A stretch of 64,000 bases of DNA, taken from contig NW_026889761.1 of assembly GCF_033153115.1 (NCBI RefSeq), positions 18,786,001 through 18,850,000 of the forward strand, written 5' to 3'. The notes beneath the pieces are model-generated. The model ran no database searches. It saw only the letters and a program-made list of their open reading frames with translations, and was not told the DNA's origin. Positions 22,254-37,529 of the stretch are shown here, piece after piece. This stretch comes from Saccostrea echinata. Lineage: Eukaryota. Position numbers and translations under genes: made by a program. Numbering within the stretch: the first letter of the stretch is position 1; each line of letters starts with the position of its first letter.

Positions 22254-25200
22254 TTTTGTGGGGATAATTTTTGTCGTCCTCCTCCAAACGCAAATCACAG
22301 AGCCAGCAAATTAAATTTTCCTTAAGGAATCCATTTTTATGCAGAAGAGAAGAAATGCTGCAACAAAAACAGTTGACATCGGATTGAATTCTAACTCCGG
22401 AAACCAGCAATCGGCCAAGCGATCAGGGGTTCTACCGTTTGCTAATTGTTCTGCGCGTGGTATTCCCTCGTGCGTCCATCATTAAAGTGGTATTTAGAAA
22501 AACAAAATATGAGATGTATATATAAACAGTTTATACTCAGACTTAGGCGTGACTGTATCTAGAACGCCGGTAAGGAATGCCTCACGCCGCGCTGGACAGC
22601 TTATCGCCTTTTCTCTGACTTTGGAATGTTAAGATAATGGGGATCTGGCGTGGCACCCCGGGAGGGAGGGGGCGGTCATGACACCACAAAAGCTTCACGG
22701 TGGGGGTCCTCACATTTATCTGGTAAACCACTGGATTAGTTGTGGCCCAATGTTTCATACAAACTGTCCATAAGAATTTTTTTTATCAGTTTAACAATTC
22801 TCAGCGCCCTCTCGCTCTTCGTCACGGGTGCCACTTCAAAGAAAAATCCAGCTTTCATCAGTTGAGTGGTTTTACCTACATGACGGACGCTTTTCGTTTT
22901 GTTTTTTGTGAAGTCAGATAATGACTGGAACTCAAATCTGTTGTCTTGCTAATCAGCTTTATTACACTCTCTTATCTTTCATTTTTTACCCTTTCTCTTA
23001 TGACTTTTTTGCCCCTTCGAGTTAAGTGGAAAGAAACACGTTTGATCAATTTCACTCTCTGGAACCGTGAATTACCCTTTGGTTTTGGTCTTAAATCACA
23101 TTATTTATACGTAGAAAGATGAAATTTCGATTCCGTATTACAGAATTCGACAAATTATCATGTACATGTATATTATTTTTTAAAAAATTAGAAAAAAAAA
23201 ATAATCTGGAAAATAATGGTTTTAAGATGTGTAGAAATACAAGAACCTTTCAAAAATTACATAGACAAGCTGAAAATCTCAGAATTATTTTTCTCTATCC
23301 TTGTCTGTTATCGTCCTCCACAGGTTTTTCTTTCCTTCTCAAAAATTTCTTCTCAACGTCCTCCAAACTGATGGTTTGATTCTGACATTATCAAGCACGT
23401 TTAGTTTCCGAAGGGAATTTTCCAACGTTGAGCAGTGTTCCGGGAAATCGCCTGACATCTCAATTTTACACTGCTTGAAATGGCCTTATTTGCATTCATT
23501 GAAAATCTTTGCGACGCATTCGAATCTTACGTCAGATTTTGGTATAATCAATACCCTAAAATCTACATGTCAAGTTTTTTAAAAGAATTATTTTCTAGCA
23601 AATTACAGGAAATAAAATTGAAAATATATAGCGTTTGCAATTCCCACAAAATATCTCATTGCTTCATGGTTGGCATAATTCAATTGTTTTCCATACTCTG
23701 TTAGTTACATACATAACATCTATTCAGTTTATATAAATAGTCAAATCCTTCAATTAATCTTGGTGAAAATCTAACATGGATCGGAAAATGCATCGTACAA
23801 TATGTGCCAATGTAAATCTCCCTAGATAGACAATAGTTACAGGTGTAAATCGACGCCGCGACAGACCCACTGGTGTCCAATTTCACATTTTCTAATTTTT
23901 CATAAAGGTTAAGAAGTTTAAATATATTTGAAATAAACCTTTGGGAGTATTTTTGTTTGAAAATCCCCATTAAATTAGCTTTGCTTTATTATGTCATTGC
24001 CAGTCGTGTTACCTATTCACCAAATATTCACTTGTCTGAATTAAGGGCTCTATTAACGACCGATGAAGGTAGAAAGAATATGGTCTTAGCTAAACAAGAT
24101 AATAACTCACCTCAAGACAAAAAGTAAATATAACCTAACAATATATCATGTAAATATATGTAACTTTACTATGTTTGAATAGAAATATCGGCATTTGATG
24201 TCAAGTCATTTAAAGATCGAAACACGGGGTACTCAATCGACAAGGTGCTCTCTGAGATCAAGCTACGGTCGTGGCTGATAAGAAAGAATTTGTCACATAA
24301 TTTTTTCCCCAAAATCTCGTATTTTGTTTGATTACTGATCATGAGGAATGAAGCCATACATCACGAATATTGAAACCATACAAAGCAAGGTTTTGTGAAG
24401 TGCATGATTCTGAAACGGTCACGCGATTGCATTGTGTCACCCTGTTCCAAAGGAACCGAACGGCACGAACTCGGCGTATTTCCAGCATTCACGCATAATT
24501 TCCAGTCAAAAGTAATTTAAACTGGGATTTAAAAAAGAGTAAGGGAAGAATAACGTGATGTAAATTTAATTTAGCGCATCCGACGGCTCCACAGGCGCTC
24601 AGCTCAATTTACATAGAACAAGGGAAGGATTATCAAGGGAGCTAACCTAGAACGGAAACAACCCGGACATTGCACATGTGGGAGAAAGGTCTTGAACCTT
24701 TTTCTTAAACGAAAGAATTTAATAAATTCTCGGCAGTTTCCATGAGTATTCAGTAATCTTAGGAAATGGTAACATTTAGGAGGAAACAATATATTTGATT
24801 AAATAAACTGTACAACCATTTGCTTAATTGCTGCTTTTATCTCTCTCTCTCTCTCTTCTTTATCCAGTGAGTTTCATTTTTCTTCCCACATTTTTACTTA
24901 AGGTCCATAATCTCTCTGTTCACTCAAATAAAATGTTGCTTTAACGCTTAAGATTTTCCAAAAGAAATAATGTATTTTATAAGTAAAATGGAAACAATCT
25001 TAGCATAGCGTGCGAGACAACATTGGTCAAAATAGACATTTTAACTTGACAATTTTATAAAGGAATAATAGATATTTATACCATGAAGAGTTGTCTCTCT
25101 TATCAAAGTAGCGATGAACCTTAATGCACTTTCTTAACTCTGAGCATGGGCCTAATGCAAAGATTTTAACGTTAACTGTTATACACACCCAGTACGGTAC

Positions 25201-25261
25201 ATTTTACCGCCCTCTTCCTACTCTCACTGCATGTGTTGTCGTATCTGTACATAATGTATCG

Positions 25262-25464
25262 TCACAATATCAAGGTTTTGTAATTACGAACTCCACACAA
25301 ACCATCTTCACAATGTCAAGGTTTTGTATTACGGAACTCCACACAAACCATCTTCACAATGTCAAGGTTTTGTAATTACGGAACTCCACACAAACCATCT
25401 TCACAATGTCAAGGTTTTGTATTACGGAACTCCACAATCACAAAGTCTTGACATTGTGAAGATG
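25262..25464. repeat. 46-47-bp minisatellite (~3.7 copies) ending in an inverted partial copy
   Basis: Unit GTCAAGGTTTTGTA(A)TTACGGAACTCCACACAAACCATCTTCACAAT; CTTGACATTGTGAAGATG at 25447-25464 is the reverse complement of 25396-25413. Confidence 0.9.
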
Positions 25465-26129
25465 TACATACCGATACTGGAGACAAAATGTGCCGAGATG
25501 AGACTTTTTTCTCGATGCAGAATGGGCGACAAAATGTATCTGGCATATTGGCACATATTGTGGTCGGCACCGATGTATGATGCAAATGTTTTATCGCCAA
25601 AAGTATTGTTAAAAGAATGTTTTACTGGGGTGAGATTTACACAAAGAAACAGTTAAAGACCAATGCGCTATATCGCGCTTGATGAATCAAATCTTGCTCA
25701 GTGTAAGCTTTAGACAATGAAACTTGTAAATCTTGGGGAAGGGATTGCAACTCCAAAACTAGGTCTCATTTTCAAATTCAGTCAAATCGTGTTTGAAATA
25801 TATCTTGCAGACTGTGAGGCTTGGGGAAATTAAACTTGGTTAGTTGATGCATCTTGGGTGAAAGATGTTTTGCAATCTAAAAGTAGATTACCAAGGCTTC
25901 ATTTTGGAAAATTATGGTTATATTCAAATTGTGCCCCATCATACTTTACACTCTGTGAGGCCTACATGTAGGACCATCAAACTTTGTCAGTTGAGGAGTG
26001 TGTATCACAACCCAAACTTTGGTCACCAAGGCCGTATTTTGAAATTTTCTGACTATAAATATGTAGTAAAATGTTACCGGGTCATATTAATTTGGTACTC
26101 TTTGAGGCTTAGGACCACCAAACCTACAG

Positions 26130-26922
26130 ATGTAGGTCGTCATGACCCATTAGTCATGAAATTCACAATTTTAGAAGAGGCACCCTTGCTCATTATAACC
26201 ATGTTCTTATTTTATCGGCTTAATAACCGGGAGCAGAGGAGATTTTCGAAGAATTAATGCATTTTCACTATATTATTATTAGAGCCCCGCCCTAACACAG
26301 AACCCCGACCCAAGGGCCATAAAATTCACATTTTTGGAAGAGGCGTCCTTCCTCATCATGCATAACTATGTACATAGTTCATCGAATTTACACCCAGGAG
26401 CAGAGGATGTTTCAAAGAATTAATGCATTATCACCATATAATCATTAGAGCCCCGCCCAAACATCAGAACCCCTGACCCAGGGGCCATGAAATTCATAAT
26501 TTGGAAGAGGCACCCTTGCTCGTTATAACTATGCATTAAGGTTTGTTTGCTAAATACACAGGAGCAGAGGAGATTTTTTCTAAAAAAATAATCCATTTTC
26601 ACTATATATTTAACAGAGCCCAACCCTAGCACCAGAACCCATGACCCTGGGGCCATGAATTTTAAAGTTTGGTAGAGGACTCAATGCTTATTACAACCAT
26701 GCGGTTTCGGCCCCACCCCTCAGGCTCAAGGGGGGGGGGGGCAGGGACCACCAAGTTCACAATTTTTGTTTCACTTTACCTACAAATGCTGAATGCCAAC
26801 ATTGGTTAAAATTGGTTCAGGGATTCCAGAGAGGAAACTGAAAATGTTCGAATGTTAATGCAGGGCACGACGGACGAAAACAGATAGCAATAGGTCATCT
26901 GAGTTACTCACGTGACCTAAAA
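26130..26922 (-). mobile_element. HINE-type element with degenerate ~165-170-bp units; left boundary uncertain
   Basis: Repeats of AGAGCCCCGCCC..CAGAACCCC..GGGGCCATGAAATTCA; terminus GCAATAGGTCATCTGAGTTACTCACGTGACCTAAAAA preceded by a GACGGACG remnant. Confidence 0.7.
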
Positions 26923-29900
26923 AACAAGGGTCCGTCTTTGTAGTTGAATGAATTTCTAGTTATCTATTGCAAACAAATAATCCGTTTCTTATGGGTAATT
27001 TAGCCATCTCAATGAAAGTGTTTTGCCAAAGCTTTGATATGCAATGTTCCTCTGCTAAGCAAAATAGTGTATCTTGATTTCGCATAGTGCAAATAATGAA
27101 GACGTTATTAGTTTTTTTTAAAAGTACAGAAGAAATCAGAGAGAGAGAGATGAATGTAACAATTCATTAAACTTTTACTGTATTTAAACTTCATATGAAA
27201 AGTAACAGTCTTATACAATTAATTATGATACTGATATATGAATTCTAATATATGAAAACATGTGACTTTTAATATTGTCTGCTAATGAAAATAAGAACGA
27301 CTTTTGTTTAATATTTTTTATTCTAGTCTTTGGATTTATAATTATGACGAAAATCTCAAGAGTATATATTATCAGAAAGAAAATACACACAAAATAGGAA
27401 AATGTGAGGAATGGATGAGGATTTGCTGCAAGGTGAAGGTAAAAATGTGTTAGGGATGAAAAAAAAGAAAATAATTGATCTCATGTAATATATTTGTAAG
27501 TGTAAAATAAAAGTTAATATGACATTATACACGTTAATGTGACATATACATGTATCTATTAATTAAAGAATTTATTTTAATAAATACTATAATTGTTATT
27601 GTCGGATTGTTGATTGTGTTGTCAAGAAGTTCTATAAACGTTGAGAAATCATGAAGCACAAATAGAGTTAACGCTCCTTCCTTGTTGTCGATTTTACTTG
27701 ACAGAAAATCAATAAATAAAGTTAAAACGCTCTTTCATGAGATACAGAAATAGGCCATATCCGGTCCTGCGCTCCGGAAGCAGTGTTTTCTGCCTATCAG
27801 ACCGTCTCCGGATACTGCTTTCACTAATAAGCATTAATTTAATGTCATAATTACAAAAGTCAAACATGCTTCGTTAGTCAAGGTATAATGAAATCTTGTT
27901 TTTAACCAGACCAATTCACTCCTGATTGGACAATATTTGTCTGATATCGGTCAGATGCCTAGTTTTTTTTAGGCGCGTAGGTAGTCAGCGTTAAGCCAGC
28001 AATTGGCCTCAACAGAATTCTTTTTTATTGTGTGACAGACCCGTTAATCCCCCAAAACAAGTGAAAACGAATTAACACGGAAGCATGTAATTCAGACTTT
28101 TTTCCCAAAAGGAATTTTGTTGGCATTGATAAACTTAGATATACAAAATCGAAGGAAACGAGAAATTGTAAATATTAACTGCTTTATGTCACCTAATTGT
28201 GCCAATGTACTTTAAGCTTGGCATATTTATTATACTTGATGTAAATTTTCAACAAAGACACTGAAAATGTTGATAACGTAGACAGTAAATTTTCGCCAGA
28301 GCACTAAGTAGACAATGGAAGACAAGTTCTCATTGAATTGTATCTCTGGTCCATTTTTTAAACAAATGATATTTGGAAGATGGGTGTAAATCTTTTGGTA
28401 GGAATAAAAAGAAAAGAAAATCAGTGTATTCTAATATTTTGAACTACTTTTAAAAGATACATCCCCCCCAATAAGTCAGGGTCCACACGTACAGCTAGGT
28501 GTGCGCTCGATCATTGACTACAGAGTGTCAAATCATTGGTAGGGAAAGGAAACCAAGACACCTTCCAGAAATAAAATTGTTTTCTCCTTAATAATTTTTA
28601 TGGTATTGAAATGTTGTATCACCGTAGAATGTTGTATCATGGCTCATTCATGATTTTATCCTTTGGCATCAAATTATTATTTTCTTTTAATTTGACAAAG
28701 ACCTTGTCTAGACTGTATAACTTTTTGCATAGGTTGATGATTTTTGATTTGTGGGTTTCACATAAAAAGATGGCACCATTACCTCTATATGACCATGTCC
28801 TTGAATTCATTCAAATTTTAAAGAAGAGACATGCATTTTAAATAATAATGATAATAAAAATACATTTATCATTTATCATGGTCTCGCGAAAGTTCCGAAA
28901 TTCATAAAAGGATATTTTTAAAACTTTCCTGAAAGAACACATTTGTATTTATTTGTAAATTTTATTGATGCATGATGGATACACTTAAAAACAGCTCAAA
29001 TTCATTCAGATAAAAACGAGTGAATGTATTTAGTTAAACTTTATTTTGAAAAAGTGATAATCTAGACTAGTATTTTCTTCAGACGAAAAAAAAAATATAC
29101 TGAAGGAAAGCTAATCTCAGAAAAGCAGACAACAAATAGCGAAAAATCAATGAGAAAAATACTGATTATATAATCTAAATGGGTGATTATCGGTTATTTT
29201 TAACAGATATCATGAAATTAATCTCAATTTTTGCATGAAGAAGCAGCGAAATTGACAGGTAAAATTATTGATGACAGTGTGCCTGATAGTGACTGACGCC
29301 AAACGTCGACCAAAATATAAAGCAGTATTCTTTTAGTCCTAAAAATCTATAGGCCCAAAACTGACGGTTTTAACTCAAGACTGTTTCCTTTAAGCCACTC
29401 CTATGGACTAGAAAAACAAGACAGTAAAAATGACATCATAATGAATTAGGTTGTTTGATATCATATTCAACTACATGTATTTATAGACCCTTCCAGTGGG
29501 CTATATGGAGATCCATAGTCCACCCTCTTGTGATGTCATAGTTTTTGCAAAATATGTTATTAATTTAAATTCATGCCAAAAAGAGATACATGTATATATA
29601 TTTTGGAAGAATGCTTTTCAATAGGTATAATGAAAAATATCGTTTAGTAAAAGAATTCAAAAATTGAATATTTTCTTCATTTAATCAATTAATTAATCAA
29701 TGTAAAGTGGTGCTAAGGGCAATAACTTCATATCATACATCTTCATTCAAGCACTTTCTTTGTTGTACTAATGTTAATTGGTTTCCCTGATATTCACAAT
29801 TCAATCATATTTATAAAGAAACAATTATTTTGGAACTTTCAGTATCAGAATTATGTATTTGAACCAGTTTTTAGATGATTTTATTAATACCGGCTGTTGA

Positions 29901-30239
29901 CTAAAAATGTACGATTTTTATGCTAACACATACTTTTGTTTATTCATGTTTGACATCTTAAAGAATATGGCAACCTATACATTTTTTGTGATTATCAATT
30001 AATTTCAACTCTATTAATTGAAAATAAATGCACTTTTCCTACTTTGAACCCATAAAATTGTGAGGGTCTTATACCTTATGCCTTAATGCCTTATACACTG
30101 TATTTCATTTTCTCCAATTCTTACACAGGGGCGGATTCATAAATCTGTAAAGAGCGGTTTCGGGGTGGTGCCCCCCCCCCCCCCCCCACACACACACTCA
30201 AACATAGATTCACACACGTAGGGAGAGAAAATCAACGTA

Positions 30240-30500
30240 GGCCTTGGTAAACTACATCTCTGTTTTACGTCCCATTATTCCTTGAAAATGTACTCTCCAG
30301 TCCGAATAAAAAACAAACACATTTCTAAAACTACGTACTGTAGCCATAAAATTGAATGGATTTGCAATATTTAAAAGAAAAATACTGAGGAAAATTGTTG
30401 AGAATTTAAAAAACTTGTGTGTGTGTGTGTGTTTTTCAAAAATGGATTTCCCTGAAAGTCTATCCGCCAGGGGACGTAAAACAAAGAATTTACTGTGGCC
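30240..30500. mobile_element. MITE with GGCC..TGTTTTACGTCCC terminal inverted repeats (PIF/Harbinger-like by its ends)
   Basis: GGCCTTGGTAAACTACATCTCTGTTTTACGTCCC ... GGGACGTAAAACAAAGAATTTACTGTGGCC|TTA; second copy at 42360-44538. Confidence 0.75.
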
Positions 30501-31048
30501 TTATACTACTCCATTTAATGACATTTTAGTTTCTTCAAAAGATGACATATGGTATATAGCCAAAGATCGCCGGAGTCTGACATTAAATTAAACCTCGCAT
30601 GTTACTTATCATATATCAAAATATGTAGAATATTTCCTACCATTCGCTCATAAATAAAAACGCTGAAAGGGAGGGATAGTGAAGGTACATGTATATGGAG
30701 GAAAGGAAATAGTTGTGTGAGACTCAGTCTGTAACAAGTGGAAAATGAGCAGAAATTGCGGCCGATTGAGCTGTTTTGAACTACGTTTATATTCAAGACG
30801 TTCTAGACGTAAAAATATATATTCCAGAAAATCTCTCTCTCTCTGGCAAAAAATAAAAGGGTGTTCAACCTCCCCCCCCCCCCCCCCCCCCCGCGATCCG
30901 CCAATATTGCATGCAATGCTTGATATTAAAAGGAAATATTACTTGTATAATTCACATATTTCATTAGTGTGGAATTTAAGAGATATTAAGGTTTTTACTT
31001 TAAACAAGTTCTAAAATAAAGTTTCACGGTAAATTAAAGTATTAAATT

Positions 31049-31132
31049 CAGGCGCGGATCCCGGAATTTTTTCCAGGGGGGTGGGTGTCAATCCCCGTCC
31101 CAAAAAAATTCCAACCCCAAAATATGTTGGCA

Positions 31133-31166
<34 letters not shown>

Positions 31167-31375
31167 ACGTAAATTCCATTTCCCAAACTTGAAAAACAAC
31201 TATTTCGTGGTGGTGATGGTGGGGTTCACGTTTTCTAAGGGGGAGAGGGGGTACAAAGTCATTTTTTATTTGTTCCAGTATATACTTTAAATAACTCTGC
31301 AAATTCCAGGGGGAGGGGGGGTCTGAACCCCCCCCCCCCCCCCCCCCCCGCGATCACCCTATAGATCCGCGCACG
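31049..31375. mobile_element. Short TIR MITE with poly-G/poly-C subterminal tracts
   Basis: CAGGCGCGGATC ... GATCCGCGCACG inverted termini. Confidence 0.65.
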
Positions 31376-34300
31376 AAAATATTTACTATAGTAAACTAGA
31401 GTTAGCTATAATTTACTATAGATAATTATAGTAATTTTTTCTTGGAGAAATACACTTCCCATATCTCTTGGATATAAAGCTTGAATTATTGGGATTGCGG
31501 TTAAGGGAATCTCCTGAACTCAGGGATGTAGAAATAAATGGCCAGGCAAACGGAAAATCCGTAGACAATTTAGTGTGAAAATAATGGTCTAACAATTTGT
31601 CTGAAAAACATAAGTCAACATTCTACTTAAAGATAAATTGAATTTGCTAACAATGTCGACCATAGAATTTGCAAAATGTTTACTTTTAAAAAACGAGACT
31701 GTTGATATCCCTATATCATCAACTCATTTGTCAATAGCCTCGTTTTAGAAATTTTTCGTACGTAGAGCATGCTCTTGCGTGTCGAATCAACTGGGAGATA
31801 TAATTTTCCCACAGAGCTAAGATGTGTAATAGGTCTATAATTCTCAGGTTCAGTACTGTCCCCTTTGTTTTTATATACTGGGATTATGTTTCCACAAGCC
31901 CACTGGGTAGGTATTACACCAGAATCAAAAAATGTTAAATAATTCAGTGTATAAATTCAACATGCAGTCACATGTATTTTTAATATATTCATATAAAGAT
32001 TCTATCATCGCCACAGGACTTGTTATTTTCAACATAGTAATACCCTTGAGTATTTCATCGTGTTATTTATTTGTTAATATTATGGTTGAGCTGAACATTA
32101 GCTAAAATATCAAGCTCTTTTTGTGTTATTACTGTGGACTCTTATTGTTCATTTAATTTTCATTACAAAATTCTTTATAAAATGTAAAAAGATCATTTAA
32201 ATTTTACAATTTTGCTTATTACAGTTTGTATTCAGGATTTTCCAGTATTCTTTTGTTGTTGTTGTTTGTTTGTTGTTGTTTTTTTTTTTTGTTGTTTTGT
32301 CGGTTGGTTGGTTTTGTTGTTGTTGTTTTGTCCTTAAATTAGAAAGTTTCTTATTCATTTCCACTCTATGTGTAATGTTAGAAAAAAAAATGTAATAATG
32401 CACTTATTTTTGTTAGATATTTGGAAGCTGAACTGAATTTTGATGTGCTGTTTTATGAAAGAGGAATATTATGACTTACCTTTACTACGATTGTTTCCCT
32501 TTACGTTTATTAATATTTTAACCCCCTTAAACCATTGGCACGTAACTTATCTAAATAAGTATCCTTACCATTACAAAATTTATTTGTATCAATTGATAAG
32601 TAAATTGTATTTTGTATAATTTGATAATAATAAACAATTTTCATGTACTCATTGGCAATTGAAAATTGTTAATTAGTGAAAGACAAAATTATATTTTAAA
32701 AAAACTTTTCCACGGAAAATTCTCTCGGCAAATACTATTCTATAGTTGAAAAAAAGAGAATTGCGGTTTTCTTGGGATTAAACCCAAGCCAAAAAAATCC
32801 AAATTTTATGTTTTTTTTTGTTTTGTTTGTTTGTTTTTTTTTTTTTTTTGACACTGGCTCATTAACCACTAAATCACACAACTCATAATTTATAACGGGC
32901 AGTGGCATTTAAATGTTACTTGTGATCTAACCTTTGAATAACTGGACTTTATATTTTTGGAAAGATACGAATGTTTTGCCATTAAAGTGTATTTTTAAGG
33001 TATAATGTAGTGTATTTTTAAGGTATAGTGGGTCCTTGCAAATTGCTCCATGTTTTTTGTGAACTGAAAAATGTATATTTTTACTCATACTTTGAAGATA
33101 TACATGTATAAAGTGGAGGGAAGACGCACTCATATGGAAAAGATTATGTCACAGTATGAAGAAATGATCAATTTGGTCCTCTTTGGTGTACGCATACTAT
33201 TTCACATAGACGAATAATGTCAATATTTGCGAGAGTGTAGCAAAATGTGGGAATTTTACATAAAGTATACAAATGTTAAATGAAATATGTAAGAAAATTT
33301 TGTTATGATCGAAATTTAATTTTGTCGAACCATAGGCATTTTTCGCATATTATTCGCCCTTCTTCTTTCCAAAGAAATCAGAAAAAATAGCCAAAATCAT
33401 ATTTCTGAAGAAATCTGTACATTTTTTGCAAAGTCCCATTATGTGATTTTGTGGTAATATCTTTATTCTTGAAAGATTTTTCTCGCTAAAACCGGGATGA
33501 CTAATAATTGAAATATTATTGACAACGCATGTGATACTAATTAGAAAGACACAGAAAATACTATGCCTTTTAACGACAAAATTTAATTAAATCTCATATT
33601 TATTTGCTGTTAACATTCAACGAGAAAACAAATCAAATTTATTGTCGTCAAATGAAATTCTGTTCAAAGGGATTCGTCAATTTTTACAAGAGAACGAATA
33701 AATAATCTTCTAATTAGCAAATATTTAAAGTTGGGACGGTGTTTAATTCCACACATATTGTGATACACTTCAAAGGAACTGTGCGTTTGTGTTTAAATAC
33801 AGCCGTTTGCTGTTGTTTATATTTGTTCATTGAAGCACAATTTTTCTACATGCTTATAGTTCTATATTGAATTTGATCTCTATTATTCCATTAAAATATG
33901 TCTGCATCATATAAGATCCGTGTTTGTATCCATGAATCACATTCTGCTTTAACAAATTCCTTAACAATTTTAACAGCATGCAATTTTTCAATTAAAAAAC
34001 GGCATTAAGTAAATATTTACTTTGCTGTATAGTAAAGTTGTACTCACAAAATACAAACAAAACACTGAGAAGATCACGATCAGTGTCAATAAATTACATG
34101 TCAGATGTATTTAATTTTTAAACACTGTGTACAATAAGCGGACCAACTTCAAAAAGGTAACCTAGTAAATAACGTCAATCTCTGAGTATGGTCGCATCCC
34201 AACACCCTTTTTCTATTTCCACGAGCTAATTTCTAGCACCGCTTTGTTTTTGAGCCACACGATACCTCTTGTAGCCGTTGACTTTGAGATGGATTTGTCA

Positions 34301-37300
34301 TTTGACTCTCCAGACCTGAAATTGCTTTACTGAAGGTTTTGTTTGTTTTCGTCATTATCCTACTCAAAGTGTCATTTTAGTAATCTAGAAGTCACCTTAA
34401 GGTCACACTACATTGTAGAAGGAAGGCATCAGATCCCACGCCATTACCTCCAAGTACATGTATAAATGACAACAACGGATATTTTTTGATTAACTTTGTT
34501 AAAAGTATTTAAGCATTTTCGTTATTATCAGTGATAATTAATATGATGTGTATACATGTTTCTGTTCAATATGTAAGACAGTTATTCCCTAAATAAAATG
34601 TTTGAGAGGATTAAAGTTCAAGTCCACATTAAGAATAGAATAAATATATGTATACATCAATACCTAAGAAAAGATTTCCTTTTGCACCCCCCCTTTTTTT
34701 TCCTCTTCAAGCGCAATACTTATGTAAAAGAAAATAATAAAAAGAGTATATTTTGTAGTCTTGTGAACTTGTATAGTTTGGTTATTCGTACTTCATACCG
34801 TCAGTAGGATTTTCCTCCCATGTTAGTGAACTTATAACGCACGAAGAAATTTGAATTGATATTTTCATGAATTTTAAGTTACCTGTTCAGGAGAACATCT
34901 AAATTACATATAAACATCATAATGGATACTTCCATAAAAGACAAGGGGGATTAACTTCATTCATCGTTATCTACAACGTAACAGGTAGCGAAAGGATAGC
35001 CAGTCATCCCTCATGTTTAAAAAGCCATGAAACATGTATATACTTTTACACGCACCATACGGGCGAGGACTCTCTTTTTCGTTCAAAAGTTCATTTAAAC
35101 TGAATGAATGCTCGTATAAAATGGATTCTTTTAATGTCAATGAATTGCATTATTGTGCTAAACATCCCCGTAATAATGGTGTTTTATAAAACTTTGTCAA
35201 AACAAATTTCTTATTGCAGTAAGTAATACCTTTAATATGTAATAACATGTCGAAAATTCGTAGAAGAAAAGCCGTGGATTACCTTCAAATAAAAACTTGA
35301 CAAACGTTTTGAAGTTGTGAGTGATTAGAAGATACGACACTTATTTGATAAATCAACAGGGAGCGAAGGAAAACAAATTACCTGTAGACATTTCTGGATT
35401 TAAAAAGTCATCACTTGTTCATAATATTAGGATGCAGATTAAAGTGATCTTGTGAAGACTGGATTTATATATATACACGCTTTTTACCCCGGACACCCAC
35501 GGTTAATCAGTATAGACGTTATACAACTCACATCCATCTCACGCTGAAACAACAAAGTTAAAACAGTAAATTGCTCTGATTCAGTTTCGATTTTATTGCT
35601 CTCGATGACTTAACAGTTTTATTTTTTCTGAAAGCGTTTTTTATCTTCTCAGATCTTATACTATGAATCCAATTTCAATTTTCTGAAGAAGAAAAAAATT
35701 GATTGGGTTTTAGAACAAAGATGAAAAGACTCTGAAGAAATGAAATATGCTCATGGAAAAAAAGAAGATTGCACATGTCATTCAATTTAATTTAAAGATT
35801 TAATGGTTTTTCTAACGAGCGTTGGTGCAATAATGGGATATGCTACCGAGGTCCCAATATTCTTGTGTACGGAGTAAAGGATTGTTTTCAGAGATTAGGA
35901 AAACACTTTCGATATGTATATATATTTAGCATCAAGGAATATCAGGCTTTATAGTATTGATTCCCAGTAAACAATCGATCAAAGCCTTCGTTTTTCTTCT
36001 CAGAGAAAGGATGACATCGGGATCTATTGAGACCTGTCGTTTTTCTATGGGTATATTCTCTGGAATATGGATCTACTAAATACTTCTTATCTTCTCTTTT
36101 GTCTAACCGGAGAGGAATGGTCCAACTTCATTATGCCGTATTATCATTTAAAGGCACTCTGAGAATTAAAGTCCTCCGCTCAATTTTCCATATTTTAAGA
36201 TATCTATTATGACGACTTTATAACGCTGGAATTTTGACAGGAATGACATCTTACAACATTTAATAAAGATCTTTTACTGGTCACGAAAGCAAATTGCTAT
36301 TTTCTATTTTCCCAGTCCTCGCTATACAGAGATATTGAAAACGATGTTTGATCAGGGGAAACTCTGAACACTCTATTGTATACAGTACAGAGGGAGACAA
36401 AACAGACCATTATAGGGACTTCTTCACGGAGTATCGGGAGCGGAAACCCGCCATTGAAGACGTCCCCGTGCTTATTCCCAGATTCCTGATGAAAAGACCT
36501 ACATTTTCAGCCCTGATTTTGATTCAGAAAGGCGGTGTGATATTATGAACAAAAACGTCGTTACCTGTAATTTTTGTTAATCAAGGGCTAAAGAGTCACC
36601 CTTTCTCTTCCTCTCAGGTGAATTACCTGTACCATTTACCTGGAACTGGAGCAAAGGTATACACCTCTATCTGAGAGAGCTTTCCGCTAGTGGACCTTAA
36701 TTTGTTTGTCTAAGTTGCGTAAACTCTATTTGTTTGAGAAAACGGAACAAAAAAAGTTCGCTAAGGCAGTGGGACTGTTATATCATTCATCGATTTCTCG
36801 CTCCAGATAGAGATTAATGGAGAATGATATCGGAAGATTGTCTCCTTCCTGAGCGATATCCTGACAAGGAACATCAGGACCCAGAATTAACATTTTAATA
36901 TGCATATCTGAAACCTTAAAAAGGGACCTTATTTGGAGATACTTTTGTGATTATCAGTATGGAATGATGTTGAACTTAGACGTATTTGTTTTGCGATTGG
37001 AAGCAAGGGCCAAATGAATTAATTCAGAGATAAAGCCTACTCGATACATTCAGCGATCACAACAAAAACAGCCAATGATAAATTAGTCTCTGAAATGCAT
37101 GTGAAAGTTTGTTCAAATTGAATTTGGAGTAAAACTCATTATATATTAAGAAAATAACCTAAAGAATGCAGATAACCCAACAAGACGGTTTTTGAACATC
37201 GTTGTTGTTTTGTGATAGCCCGGGACAACGAGGGTATACCGAAGAAGTACAATAAAAGAGAACAATAAAACGGTATCCTGGAGTAATATATGACTTAGGT

Positions 37301-37529
37301 CACCACCCCAAAAGCGAAGGGAAGGATAAGCTGTGGATTTCTAAGATCTTGACAAGAAGTTTGGTGGATTAAATAGCGGTTGCCTTCAGTGAAATGAGTT
37401 CTAATGCAAGTTATTCGATGGGACTCTAGAGTCTGTAAATTTGCAGGATTTATTTGTCTTCAAGGTAACATTTGAAGTATGTGATTTGAAGATGTGTTTT
37501 TGATTCGTTCCTCTGTGGCGTGTTCAAGA

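Noticed and set aside
25262-25464. Possible CRISPR array
   Set aside because: Units are contiguous and near-identical with no unique spacers; eukaryotic context and no cas genes.
29390-30085. Probable DNA transposon remnant with AGACCCT/AGGGTCT inverted motifs
   Set aside because: Termini and target duplication could not be defined confidently.
35990-36700. Upstream coding exons for the 37530 ORF
   Set aside because: Several acceptor-like sites exist, but frames close quickly and no phase-consistent link was found; possibly 5'UTR.
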